Below, in pieces: positions 37,025 through 47,523 of a stretch of 64,000 nt of DNA. A program made the position numbers and the translations under genes. Under the pieces are notes generated by a model. That model had not been told where the DNA came from. It did no database searches and saw only the letters and a program-made list of their open reading frames with translations. Numbering within the stretch: the stretch's first letter is position 1; each line of letters opens with the position of its first letter. Source of the stretch: Candidatus Hodarchaeota archaeon (lineage in GTDB: Archaea; Asgardarchaeota; Heimdallarchaeia; Hodarchaeales; Hodarchaeaceae); contig JAEOTM010000032.1 in assembly GCA_016839815.1 (NCBI GenBank), positions 66,879 to 130,878 on the forward strand, given 5' to 3'.

Positions 37025-37912
37025 CTAATCGGATGTTTTCAGATATCCATTGCGGATTGCTTTTTTCTTTTTCTCATTATACACTTCAAAGAAGACTTCT
37101 TGTTGATTATTACTCCTTCTCTTGCCAATAATTTGAATTTCAATATTAGAACCAGGGATAACCATTGATGTAAATTTACACGCGATTTCTGACACTTGAG
37201 TAGGATCACCATCAAGCTCTCTTTGGATAATCTCACTAACTGCAATGGCTAAAGTACATACACCTTGTAAAAGTATATCAGGTAATCCTAACTGATGAGC
37301 AATCTCCTTAGAGGTGTGAAATGGTAGTGTGGGCCCGACACATCCATCATAAATATGAGCTTGTAAGGGATTAACTTTAATTTCCTCATTCCACAAGATT
37401 CTAGACGGTTTCTCCAACTGGGGGATCTTTGGTATCTTCTCCTTACCTCGATCTCCTCCAATACATTCAACTCCCCTGAGCATTCCACCAAGATATTCAG
37501 TGAAAACCAAGTTATCTTGTTGATCAGTACCTGTAAATTTCGATATCACATGTGTCCCTGCACGATGTGAAATCACTGCTTCAATATTACCATTAACCCT
37601 CAGAATATCATTTGTTTTGATCAATCTATGTATCTTTAAATGCTCTGAATAATGTACAACAGTCATCAATAGTTCAAAAGGAAATTTCTTGTGTGAATTC
37701 TCTGTAATATTGTCAGTTAAATTTTCTACGATTGGTAAGGTAAGTGATACTGGAAAAAGGGGATGAGTTACGATTCCTCCTTCTCGTTCATCATTAAAAT
37801 AGAAGGGATTACAATCATTAATAGCCGTGGCATATAACATAATATCTCTCCAACTTATTTCTTTTGTTTTTTCATTTACAACTGTACTAACAAGATTAGA
37901 AGCAATTTCCAT
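37025..37912 (-). CDS. Double hot-dog MaoC / hydratase-2-like protein
   Basis: MLYA, VHYSEHLKIHR, PFHTS...A..LGLP.ILLQG.CT and KFTSMV.PG motifs. Confidence 0.85.
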   Translation of the reverse strand: MEIASNLVSTVVNEKTKEISWRDIMLYATAINDCNPFYFNDEREGGIVTHPLFPVSLTLPIVENLTDNITENSHKKFPFELLMTVVHYSEHLKIHRLIKTNDILRVNGNIEAVISHRAGTHVISKFTGTDQQDNLVFTEYLGGMLRGVECIGGDRGKEKIPKIPQLEKPSRILWNEEIKVNPLQAHIYDGCVGPTLPFHTSKEIAHQLGLPDILLQGVCTLAIAVSEIIQRELDGDPTQVSEIACKFTSMVIPGSNIEIQIIGKRRSNNQQEVFFEVYNEKKKKAIRNGYLKTSD

Positions 37913-38048
37913 CGATATTCACCAGTGTTAAACCTAGAAATATTCTGAATTTATTCTAAATCTTAAGGTTTTCAGTCCTTGGAGAAGTTTAACCACGTTA
38001 AGAATATTCAAAACTATAATTTATTTTCCCTTGAATTGTGATTTATCC

Positions 38049-39158
38049 ATGTATGCGGATTATAATGAGAAACTAGCAAAATTAGTAGTGCAATATGCTG
38101 TTAAAGTTGAGCCTGGAGATACTGTATATATAAAAGCACCGACAGTTGCTTCCTCCCTAGTAAAATATGTCTATCTTGAAGTAATCCAAGCTGGGGGCTA
38201 TATAACATTTGTGGATCTTAGCTTTAATGGCCAAGATGAATTATTTTTCAAATATGCTTCAGAAAATCAGATTAAATACGTCAATCCATTGAAGCTGGAA
38301 CTAATAAAAACCGTAAAAAAGTACATCAATCTATACGCTTCCTTCAATACAAGAGATTTAACAAGTGTTCCTCCTGAAAAGAAAGTTATGATAGCTGAAG
38401 CAAATAAAGAAATAAATAAGATCTTTCTTGAACGAGCTGGTTCAAAAGATCTTATGTGGAATATTTCACCTTATCCCTGTGATGCTTTCGCACAAGAAGC
38501 AAATATGGGACCTTTAGAGTATAAAAAATTCGCCTACAACGCACTTAATCTCCATCAACCTGACCCTGTGCAATTTTGGAAGGATTTTGAAACCAAACAG
38601 CAAAAAGTTGTTGATATTCTTGATAAAGGTGCTACAATGCAAATCATTGGAGAAGACACCGATCTAACCTTAGGTATTAAGGGACGTATCTGGGAAAATT
38701 GTAGTGGACATGAAAATTTACCTGATGGAGAGGTCTTTACTGCTCCAATTGAAGATGCGGTTAATGGTACTATCCGATTCACCTACCCAGGAATAATGGC
38801 TGGACAGGAGATTGAAGATATCCGATTGACTTTCAAAGAGGGAAAAGTTGTGGAATTCGATGCCGCAAAAGGGAAAGAATTATTGGAGAAGATGGTGACC
38901 ACTGTTCCTAATGCTGATGTGCTAGGTGAGCTTGCTGTTGGAACCAACTATGGTATCCAACGTTTTACTAAAAATATGCTATTTGATGAAAAAATGGGTG
39001 GTACGGTTCATCTTGCTTTGGGTTCGGGATATCCCGAAACAGGTTCAAAGAACGAATCCTCTATCCACTGGGATATTTTGAAAGATATGAAGGTTCCAGG
39101 ATCCAAAATACTCTTGGATGGAGATGTAATTTATAAAGAGGGAAAATGGTTAATTTAA
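38049..39158 (+). CDS. M29 aminopeptidase (AmpS/aminopeptidase T)
   Basis: NLPDGEVFTAP, GELAVGTN, LFDEK.GGTVHLALG and SSIHWD motifs. Confidence 0.95.
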   Translation: MYADYNEKLAKLVVQYAVKVEPGDTVYIKAPTVASSLVKYVYLEVIQAGGYITFVDLSFNGQDELFFKYASENQIKYVNPLKLELIKTVKKYINLYASFNTRDLTSVPPEKKVMIAEANKEINKIFLERAGSKDLMWNISPYPCDAFAQEANMGPLEYKKFAYNALNLHQPDPVQFWKDFETKQQKVVDILDKGATMQIIGEDTDLTLGIKGRIWENCSGHENLPDGEVFTAPIEDAVNGTIRFTYPGIMAGQEIEDIRLTFKEGKVVEFDAAKGKELLEKMVTTVPNADVLGELAVGTNYGIQRFTKNMLFDEKMGGTVHLALGSGYPETGSKNESSIHWDILKDMKVPGSKILLDGDVIYKEGKWLI

Positions 39159-39187
39159 CCTCCTCTCTATATTTTTATTTCCGAGAA

Positions 39188-40057
39188 TCATGAAATTATG
39201 AACTCCTCGATTTGCTGGTCGCTAATTGAAGAAATGCTTGGATACCCTACTACCAGTTTTATATTCTGTGACTTATATTCAGATATTTTCGTCTCAATAT
39301 TTGAATCTGTAAGAATATAATCATTCAAATTCTTTTTAATTACCTTTTGGACTTTTTCAGGTGCTGTAGACCAAGATGTATAGGATTGCTCTGGATTCCA
39401 CTCCTCAGTACATCGAAGTTGATCTTGAATTGATTTCCGTCTAAGAAGATATGGTAATAGTTCATCGAGACTGCTATCAATCTTCTGGATTGTGGTTGCT
39501 AAAGGAGCGTAAACTGCTAGTGAGTAATTTTCATAATCCTTTGAAAACCCATTCTTTAAGCGTGCGTCACCATTGAGACCAAATGGAATGATCGGAGAAT
39601 ATTGTTGACAAACATTCTTAATAAGACTTGAAGAAATATTATCGATTCCGAAAAAAATTGGACGGTTTGTCCTTTTCCTTATTTGTGAAAAGAATTTCTG
39701 AAAAGCAGTTTTCAGCAATACAGTTTGGTTTAAATTATAAGCTGGATGACCTGCGACAATATTCAAACTTAAATTTGAACAATCATCAAGTAAATCAAGG
39801 TATGATCTCCAAAGATCAGTACCATTTTGAAATTCTAAAGCCCTAACTGCAACAGTTAGTACCAAATTATTCTTGAGTTGGAGTACAAGTTCTCTTATCG
39901 CTTGAATTGATAAAAGATGATCTTGACCCTCATAGTCAAGGAAGATAAAAGAGTGGTGCTTATCTGCGGTTAAGATAGAATTCAAAAAATCTTTTTTAGT
40001 TGTAAATTTTGACTGTTTTAATGCGATACCTGTTAAAAACGTGTTTCTATTGTTCAG
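39188..40057 (-). CDS. Hypothetical alpha/beta protein (start uncertain: TTG 39985 or CTG 40057)
   Basis: Long ORF; the frame stays open 24 codons above the TTG. Confidence 0.6.
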   Translation of the reverse strand: MNNRNTFLTGIALKQSKFTTKKDFLNSILTADKHHSFIFLDYEGQDHLLSIQAIRELVLQLKNNLVLTVAVRALEFQNGTDLWRSYLDLLDDCSNLSLNIVAGHPAYNLNQTVLLKTAFQKFFSQIRKRTNRPIFFGIDNISSSLIKNVCQQYSPIIPFGLNGDARLKNGFSKDYENYSLAVYAPLATTIQKIDSSLDELLPYLLRRKSIQDQLRCTEEWNPEQSYTSWSTAPEKVQKVIKKNLNDYILTDSNIETKISEYKSQNIKLVVGYPSISSISDQQIEEFIIS

Positions 40058-40240
40058 GAACTAAATCCCACATGAAAATAACCTCAAATTCGATTTCTTT
40101 ACTTTCTATACTTCTAAGAACTGAGTCGTTCTTAACCTACCAAAAATTAATCATATAAAAAAAGCTGACCATACTGACATCAGAGAAGGTGAGAAAAGTT
40201 TTCTAAAACTTCCCTTCTTTCTTATAGGTTGGTATGAATC

Positions 40241-41647
40241 ATGAGTTTTTTTGATCAAGACTTATTAGTTTTAGGATTGCAGGAAGGGGAGAAGCTAGGA
40301 GCAAATTATGTTGAACTTCGCTATCAAGATAAGTACCTTGCTAATTTCCGATATCGAAATGGAGAATTAACAAGTACAACTGGTTCAAGGGAAGGTGTAT
40401 GTGTAAGAGTCCTGCTTAATGGAAGTTGGGGTCTTTCTGCAACTAATAAAACTTCTAAACAGGAAATTGTTGAAAGTGTTCGTTCTGCTGCAAAGTTAGC
40501 CAAAAATTCAGCACCATATAAAGAAAATAAAGTAGAGCTGGCAGAAATTGAGATAATCAATGAAACTGCAACCTCTCCCAGAAAGAGGCATTTACAAGAA
40601 TTATCGACGGAGGAGAAGCTAAAAATGATAATTGATGCCACTAAGGTTACGGAGAACATGCAACCTATTAAAAGTCTCACGATCAATTACAATGAAGTTA
40701 TTGATAATCGTATGATTGTTACCAATGAAGGTACTCGTGTTAGCTGGATTGATATGAAACCCACTTTAATGGCCTATGCCGTAGCCATGGAGGAAGGGAA
40801 AATGGCAAGTGGATATACATCGTGGTCACATACCTGTGGTGCTGAATTTTTTGATTTACATCCAATGGATGAAGTAGTAAAGGAGTCTGCTCAGAAAGCA
40901 TTAAAATTAGTTAAAGCTTCTCTTCCCCCGAGTGGGGTAAGTAATTTACTACTAGACCAACAATTGGTTGGAGTCTTTGCGCATGAAGCAATAGGACATA
41001 CAGCAGAGGCAGATCTCGTTCAAGTAGGTTCGTTTACACAAGGTAAACTTAACCAAAAAGTGTGTGATGAATCTATAACAATCATTGACTCCCCTGTTCT
41101 TGAGGGATCAAAATGGATGGGAGCTGGCTGGTTACCATTTGATGACGAAGGAGTTAGGGGAAAAACAGTGCATATCATTACAGACGGTATCATGACTAGT
41201 TATTTGACGAATAGAGCATTTGCAGCCGAATTAGGGGTAGAACCGACTGGGAACGCACGCGCATACACATTTAATAATGAACCGATCGTTAGAATGCGAA
41301 ATACCTACATTAAAGCAGGAGATATGACTTTTGATGAATTGTGCGAATCAATTGGAGATGGTTATTATCTTAAATCCTTGCAAAACGGACAAGCTGATAG
41401 CTCAGGAGAATTTATGTTCGGAGCAGTCGAATGCTATAAAATAAAGCAAGGTGAAATAACTGAGGAGCTTTTTCAGAACCCTGTCTTAACAGGGAATGCT
41501 TTCGAAGTTTTAAATAATATTCTCGGTGTAGGGAATGATTTTGATACTAATTTAGGGGCAGGTTTTTGTGGAAAAGAACAGCCTGCTAAAGTTGATGCAG
41601 GGGGTCCCCACTTAGCTGTAAAGGCGATGCTTGCTGGAGGAAAATAA
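40241..41647 (+). CDS. tldD: TldD metalloprotease
   Basis: HEAIGH..EAD, FDDEG, GNARA, RMRNT and CGK motifs. Confidence 0.95.
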   Translation: MSFFDQDLLVLGLQEGEKLGANYVELRYQDKYLANFRYRNGELTSTTGSREGVCVRVLLNGSWGLSATNKTSKQEIVESVRSAAKLAKNSAPYKENKVELAEIEIINETATSPRKRHLQELSTEEKLKMIIDATKVTENMQPIKSLTINYNEVIDNRMIVTNEGTRVSWIDMKPTLMAYAVAMEEGKMASGYTSWSHTCGAEFFDLHPMDEVVKESAQKALKLVKASLPPSGVSNLLLDQQLVGVFAHEAIGHTAEADLVQVGSFTQGKLNQKVCDESITIIDSPVLEGSKWMGAGWLPFDDEGVRGKTVHIITDGIMTSYLTNRAFAAELGVEPTGNARAYTFNNEPIVRMRNTYIKAGDMTFDELCESIGDGYYLKSLQNGQADSSGEFMFGAVECYKIKQGEITEELFQNPVLTGNAFEVLNNILGVGNDFDTNLGAGFCGKEQPAKVDAGGPHLAVKAMLAGGK

Positions 41648-41648
41648 T

Positions 41649-43037
41649 ATGACTACTGAGCGTGAATCTAAAGAATATTTACTTGATCTTAGTCAACAAT
41701 TAATAGATTATTCTAATACAAAAGCGATCACTGGAGCAGAAGTCTTTTTTCATCACAGGAAAAACACTCAAGTCATGACTGAGGGTCAATCCATCTCAAC
41801 CGAAAGAGCAACATCCGAATTAGGATTCGCAATTCGTGTTCTTAACAACGAGGTAGAAGGATTTTCTTACACGAATAAGATTGATATAGGGTCTCTAAAG
41901 ACCTGTGTTGATGAAGCAGTTAGTATTACAAAGGTTGCCCCAGAAAAACAAGGAATTAAGTTAACCGTTCCAACAAATTATTCAGAAATCAATGGAATTT
42001 TTACTAATTCAGTAGCAGAATTAACTATTGAAGAAATGATTGATTACGCAAAATTAGTACTTCAACCAATGCGAGATGCAAAAGTAGGTGTACGAACTAA
42101 TCTTAGTAGTATCGAGATTGAAGAAGAAACCTGTGGAATTGTCAATTCTTTGGGTGTAGAAGGATTCACAAGGTCGAACGGCCTTTCTGGAAATTTCCTT
42201 GCAGTAGCAAGAGAAGGGGAAAAAGTCGGATCTTTTGTTTTTGATAGCTTTTTCACTCATGAGGCGTCAAATATTGATTTTTCCAAGTTTGGGGACAAGC
42301 TCACTTCTAGAGCGATCAGAAATTTAGAGGCAATCACTCCCCCCACTATTGATTCGGATGTCGTTGTCTTTAGTAAGAACGGTGTTCTACAACCGCTTTT
42401 TTATGTAATTGCTCATTCAATTAGAGCAGACAGTGTAGAACAAGCCCGTTCGATGTGGAAGGATAAATTAGCAGATTCCGTTGCAGTCGATACATTCAAC
42501 TTTATAGATGACTCTCACAACCCTGATGCTGGAAGTGGATGCAGACCTTTTGATGATGAAGGAAACAAAACACAAAAAGTATCAATAATAAAAGATGGTA
42601 TCCTAGAAACCTTTTTATTTGACGAATTGCGAGCTAATAAGATGGATACTGTGTCCACTGGCAATTCATGGAGAGGACTGGGAGGATCACGATTTATCTT
42701 ACCTCCAAGTGAAATCTTTCCAAATGTACCCCACATACTGCATGGAGATATGAATACTGAAGAATTTTATGAGGATATTAAACTTGGGATTATATTCGAA
42801 TACTTTTCTGGTTCATTCAGAGTAGAAAACGGAATGTTTAGTGGAATAGCAAAGGGTGCTCAATTAATACGAAAAGGTGAGTTAGCGGAACCATTGATTA
42901 ACGTTTCCATTGGAGGAAATGTTTTTGATGTGTTAAATAATATTACTGGACTTTCAAAAGAAACTCAACTTACTAGTGGATATCTAACCACCCCATTTAT
43001 TAAAACACAAGGAATCAAAATATCTACACAAAAATAA
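41649..43037 (+). CDS. pmbA: TldE/PmbA partner subunit
   Basis: RPFDDEG, STGN and GMFSG motifs; no HExxH; directly follows tldD. Confidence 0.9.
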   Translation: MTTERESKEYLLDLSQQLIDYSNTKAITGAEVFFHHRKNTQVMTEGQSISTERATSELGFAIRVLNNEVEGFSYTNKIDIGSLKTCVDEAVSITKVAPEKQGIKLTVPTNYSEINGIFTNSVAELTIEEMIDYAKLVLQPMRDAKVGVRTNLSSIEIEEETCGIVNSLGVEGFTRSNGLSGNFLAVAREGEKVGSFVFDSFFTHEASNIDFSKFGDKLTSRAIRNLEAITPPTIDSDVVVFSKNGVLQPLFYVIAHSIRADSVEQARSMWKDKLADSVAVDTFNFIDDSHNPDAGSGCRPFDDEGNKTQKVSIIKDGILETFLFDELRANKMDTVSTGNSWRGLGGSRFILPPSEIFPNVPHILHGDMNTEEFYEDIKLGIIFEYFSGSFRVENGMFSGIAKGAQLIRKGELAEPLINVSIGGNVFDVLNNITGLSKETQLTSGYLTTPFIKTQGIKISTQK

Positions 43038-43062
43038 AGTTTGATACTTCTCTAAATATTGC

Positions 43063-44502
43063 TTATTTCGAATAATACTGAACAAGGGCTCGCATAGCTC
43101 TTGCCGTCATTCCAGGCCACTTGAAAACTGGAATCTGGTTATTCTGTAGAACAGGAATAAGCTTATCGGCAGTATCTATACAACTTATCAATACAGGGAT
43201 TTTATTAGAATGAACCCATTCAAAGAATCTATCTAGAGTTTCTTTAACAAGGAAATTCATTGCCTCTAGTGGGAATAGTTCACTGAATTCTCCATTATTG
43301 AAGCGAACGGATCGTTCAAGCATACTACTACCAAATATTCCGTAGAAAATTAAAGCATCCACTTCTCCTGAATGCCAAACGAGTTTGGGAACATCTTCAT
43401 AAAATAATGAGAAATTCATGTCAAAAGTTAAATCAATTGGATTATTAGCTGAAGCTACTGCAGGGATAATTTCGGCTAATTGATTCGTTAAATCCTCTGA
43501 AAACCCTACTACTTCAAGTCCTTCCTTCTCACAGAGATCGGCAAGAGTAACTGCTGGCCCTCCAGAATTTGTAATCAAACCTATTCTATTACCTTGAGGA
43601 GGGTGTGCTAATGAGAACGCATGAGTAAATTCAAACAGTTCTTCCATATTAGCCGCTTGAATTACTCCTGATTGCTTGAAAAACGCATTGTAGACCGAGG
43701 GTTTCCCCCCCAACGAGGCAGTATGAGATAATCCTGCACGTGCTCCTGCAGAGGTTCCACCATGATAGGAAACGACAACTGGTTTTTTTCCTGCGGTTGT
43801 TTGCAATGCTTCAACAAATTTCCTTCCCTCTTTCTTAATCCCCTCAATATACATACCTATTACTTCAGTTTGAGGATCCTGATAATAATAATTTAGGCAT
43901 TCTGTCATGCTAGTGTTGGCCTCATTCCCAACGGAAATCGATTTTCCAATCCTGATTCCTCTTCTTTCTGCCCAAATCAATATTTGCGAAATCCATGATC
44001 CACTTTGACTCAGTAAGGAAATGTTTCCTTTCTGTCCCTCAGGTAGATCAAAAGGGAACCAGGTACAATTGAGTGTGCCATACCTCGAATGAGTATTAAT
44101 TACTCCAATACAATTCGGACCAATGAATCTCATGTTATACTGAGTTGCAATTTCATCTAACCGTTCTTGATTGTCTACCTCCCCGATTTCACTAAACCCA
44201 GCTGAAACAATTATCGCAAAAGGAATACCGAGTTTCCCTGCTGCTTCTAAATAGTTTGTTACAAGTCGTGTAGGAAGAACGATAATTATAAGATCAGGGA
44301 TTTCAGGTAAATCTTCTATTCTCCGATACACTTGCAAGCCTAGAATTTTATCTTCCGTAGGGTGGATTGGATAAATTCTTCCTTTATATCGTGACTTGAG
44401 AGCATAACACTGACCAGTTCCCATGGTCATTATATTATTGGAAGCCCCTAGAAATGCTACAGATTTTGGATTAAGTAATTCATCTAAAAAATGGGTCATC
44501 AC
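43063..44502 (-). CDS. ADP-forming acyl-CoA synthetase, alpha subunit
   Basis: SAGFSE, GPNCIG, SQSG, SVGNE, SHTASL, TNSGG and NPIDL motifs. Confidence 0.93.
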   Translation of the reverse strand: MMTHFLDELLNPKSVAFLGASNNIMTMGTGQCYALKSRYKGRIYPIHPTEDKILGLQVYRRIEDLPEIPDLIIIVLPTRLVTNYLEAAGKLGIPFAIIVSAGFSEIGEVDNQERLDEIATQYNMRFIGPNCIGVINTHSRYGTLNCTWFPFDLPEGQKGNISLLSQSGSWISQILIWAERRGIRIGKSISVGNEANTSMTECLNYYYQDPQTEVIGMYIEGIKKEGRKFVEALQTTAGKKPVVVSYHGGTSAGARAGLSHTASLGGKPSVYNAFFKQSGVIQAANMEELFEFTHAFSLAHPPQGNRIGLITNSGGPAVTLADLCEKEGLEVVGFSEDLTNQLAEIIPAVASANNPIDLTFDMNFSLFYEDVPKLVWHSGEVDALIFYGIFGSSMLERSVRFNNGEFSELFPLEAMNFLVKETLDRFFEWVHSNKIPVLISCIDTADKLIPVLQNNQIPVFKWPGMTARAMRALVQYYSK

Positions 44503-44635
44503 AGTCTTATAAGATCCTCTTCAGAGTTTATAAAAACCTTATAGTCCTGTGATGAAGTTACACCATGACTATCTGCTGAATTGCAGTTGCAAAGTAATAA
44601 TTTACTAGAGATTCACAATACAAGAAAGATTAATA

Positions 44636-46189
44636 ATGAACAAGATTCTGAAGATGTATGTGAACTCACGTAAGCAAAACCACACTAAAGAGTATGGGGA
44701 TTTCCAAACTCCATCAGTGCTTGCGGAGGAAGTCATAAAGAATTTGAAAGGAAAAGGAATTTCTCCTTCCTCAATTCTGGAACCTACATGTGGTACAGGT
44801 GCATTTATACTTGTAGCCGCAGAAAATTTCCCAGATGTAAAAAAAATTTATGGATTTGATATTAATAAGAAGTATTTAGCCATTTTAAGAAAAAACATTG
44901 TCAAGCTCAAGAAGAGACAAATGGTTACATTAGAAAATACAGACTTTTTTCAAAAGAATTGGAAGGAATTCTTATCTCAATTAGCAAAACCAATTTTAAT
45001 CATAGGAAATTTACCTTGGATTACCTCATCTACCCAAGGATTAATTAATGGGAAGAATCTACCGAAGAAAAGCAATATACATGGATTTAAAGGCTTAGAT
45101 TCTCTTACTGGAAAAAGTAATTTCGATATATCTGAATGGATGATTCTCCAACTGTTAGGCGCCATGAATGAGTCCACAGGCACGTTGGCCATGTTGTGTA
45201 AGGTAAGTGTTGCTAGAAAGATCTTCGAGTATATTCATACTCATGACCTGCCAGTTTCATCATATACAATCCATCGAATCGATGCTTTAACACATTTTGA
45301 AGCCTCAATTGATGCATGCTTATTGACATGTATAATCACCAAGGGATACACTACAAAAGAAGCCCATTTTTTTCCTTCACTCAACGCACCTAAGCCTTCA
45401 TCTACTCTTGGGATTATTGACAAGCTAATAATCAATGATATGTCGACTTTTCGAGAAACACAATTCCTACATGGAAAATTCTCTGTATCTTGGAGATCGG
45501 GGGTAAAACATGATGCCGCTCAAATAATGATTTTAAAAAAAGATGAAGATTCCTTCATAAATGGACTAAATAAGAGAGTTATTGTTGAGGATACCTACCT
45601 TTACCCTCACTTAAAAAGTACTGATCTTGTCCATAATAGGGTAGATGGTACCCATCGCTGGTTAATAGTTCCACAAAAATCGGTTGGGGAAGATACAAAA
45701 CAAATAAGAAAAATTGCTCCAAAAACATGGGACTATCTCTATCGTAATCGAGCTCTATTAGATAATCGCAAGAGTTCTATTTACAAAGGAAAACCCTCGT
45801 TCTCGGTGTTCGGTGTGGGACACTATACATTTACAAATTGGAAAATTGGGATTTCAGGTTTGCATAAACATCTCAATTTTGTATTTATAGGCCCTATCCA
45901 AAATAAACCAGTCGTTCTTGACGATACAAGTTATCTCCTGCCAATGGAATCTAAAGAAGAAGCCCTCTTCTTCTATTCTCTATTAACGCATCCAATAGCT
46001 TCCAAATTTCTGAATAGTATAATTTACTGGAATGCTAAGCGTCCTATATCACAAAAAATCTTACGTCAACTAAATATTCCAAAAATTACACAAAAAATAA
46101 GTTTAAAGTATATCCTTGAAACTGTAGAAAGCCTAAATATAGGTTTTGACGAACAAAAGCTTGAAGGATTGTATCAAAAGTACACATAA
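44636..46189 (+). CDS. Gamma-class N6-adenine DNA methyltransferase-like protein, orphan
   Basis: YGDFQTP, LEPTCGTGAF, GNLPW, GKSNFDISEW and WRSGVKHD motifs. Confidence 0.85.
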   Translation: MNKILKMYVNSRKQNHTKEYGDFQTPSVLAEEVIKNLKGKGISPSSILEPTCGTGAFILVAAENFPDVKKIYGFDINKKYLAILRKNIVKLKKRQMVTLENTDFFQKNWKEFLSQLAKPILIIGNLPWITSSTQGLINGKNLPKKSNIHGFKGLDSLTGKSNFDISEWMILQLLGAMNESTGTLAMLCKVSVARKIFEYIHTHDLPVSSYTIHRIDALTHFEASIDACLLTCIITKGYTTKEAHFFPSLNAPKPSSTLGIIDKLIINDMSTFRETQFLHGKFSVSWRSGVKHDAAQIMILKKDEDSFINGLNKRVIVEDTYLYPHLKSTDLVHNRVDGTHRWLIVPQKSVGEDTKQIRKIAPKTWDYLYRNRALLDNRKSSIYKGKPSFSVFGVGHYTFTNWKIGISGLHKHLNFVFIGPIQNKPVVLDDTSYLLPMESKEEALFFYSLLTHPIASKFLNSIIYWNAKRPISQKILRQLNIPKITQKISLKYILETVESLNIGFDEQKLEGLYQKYT

Positions 46190-46209
46190 ATCGAGTATTT
46201 GCTAATTGT

Positions 46210-47346
46210 TTAATTATTCTCTTTTGATTGATCTACTAACTGAAAATGACCAAGTTTTAAACCTAATTTAACCCCCTTAGAATAGTAGTATTTTGACTTA
46301 GGTATATCATCAATTTGGGCATAAAGTTCAGCTAATGCCAAGAGAGCATAGAATTGTTCTTGTTCATCACCCACTGATTCTGTAATTTTAGCAAAAGTGT
46401 GGTAATCCTCAATCGCCTCATCAATCTTTCCTTGGTTCAACTTCCACCGAATTAAATTGACAAGAGGACCAACCGTAAGCCAGCGTGCACCAGATTTATT
46501 AGCATAATCCAAAGAATCTTGGAAGTATCCTCTGGCTTCATTCACCTGTTTTTGAGCTGTAAGGATAAAGCCTACTCGATTATAAATCATTGAAAGCAAA
46601 TGCCAGCTTTGAACTTCCTGTGCCAAATCAATAGCTTTATCATAAAGCTCAATGGCTTTGGCAAAATCACCACTGATGTGATAAATATGGCCAATTCATA
46701 AACTGGTCATGATTTGAAAAAATCGATGGGGAAAGATGTACAATTCGCTCTGAACTTTATTTAAAAGATGGAGTGCTCTGGTGGTCTGCCCACGAATGGA
46801 ATAAGCTTTACGAATATATGCCCATGGAAGAAGGTGGGCTTTTTCTCTTTCCGTAAGCTCTGGTATGGTTTCAGAAAGATGGATAATTTTATGATACAGC
46901 TCATCGACCTTATTTTGATCACGACGAATCGAATAGAAAAAAAGAATGATGCTCAAGGCTTCGATTTTTATTTTTGGATCATCGATAGTATCAATCTCAA
47001 TATTGCTAAGAATCCGAAGACCTTCTTCGGAATGTCCCTGAAAAGTTAATGCAAGAGCATAAAAAATTCTAACACCTAGAATTCCCTGACTTGTTACTGT
47101 AATTGATGTATACACTTCGTTTAATTTTCTCAAATCACCCGCAAAAAACAAGAGCTTTATCAAAACATACCATAATTCATCCAGATTTTCTTTAGAAGGA
47201 AGATTATGGATAAATTCCTCTAGCTCTTGAGCAACCTGATGGAAATCCTTTGTTTCCCAATAATGAGTTTCCGCATATTGGAGTAAGGACTGTAGAACAG
47301 TGGGAGGGATTCGTTTGTGATGAAGAAGGAGTTCAGGGATTGTCAT
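46210..47346 (-). pseudogene. TPR protein interrupted by one in-frame TGA (46696-46698)
   Basis: Both track ORFs are in the same frame. Read-through gives ...IMTSL*IGHIYHISGDFAKAIELYDKAIDLAQEV..., an intact TPR. Confidence 0.8.
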
Positions 47347-47523
47347 TTATTTCTAGTCCGATGTAGATAATCAAGCTAATTAATCTAAAATCCCCTACTT
47401 AACATCTACGTTCCGAAATTCATTTCAATCAAATAGGTAAGAAACTCAGTGATGATCGATTTAAGTTGAAATTGCCCTATTAAAAAACTTAAAAAGTCAT
47501 CATTCAACAGGAATGGAACTATC

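Noticed and set aside
40241-43037. TldD/E as part of a RiPP cluster
   Set aside because: No YcaO, radical SAM enzyme or precursor peptide is adjacent.
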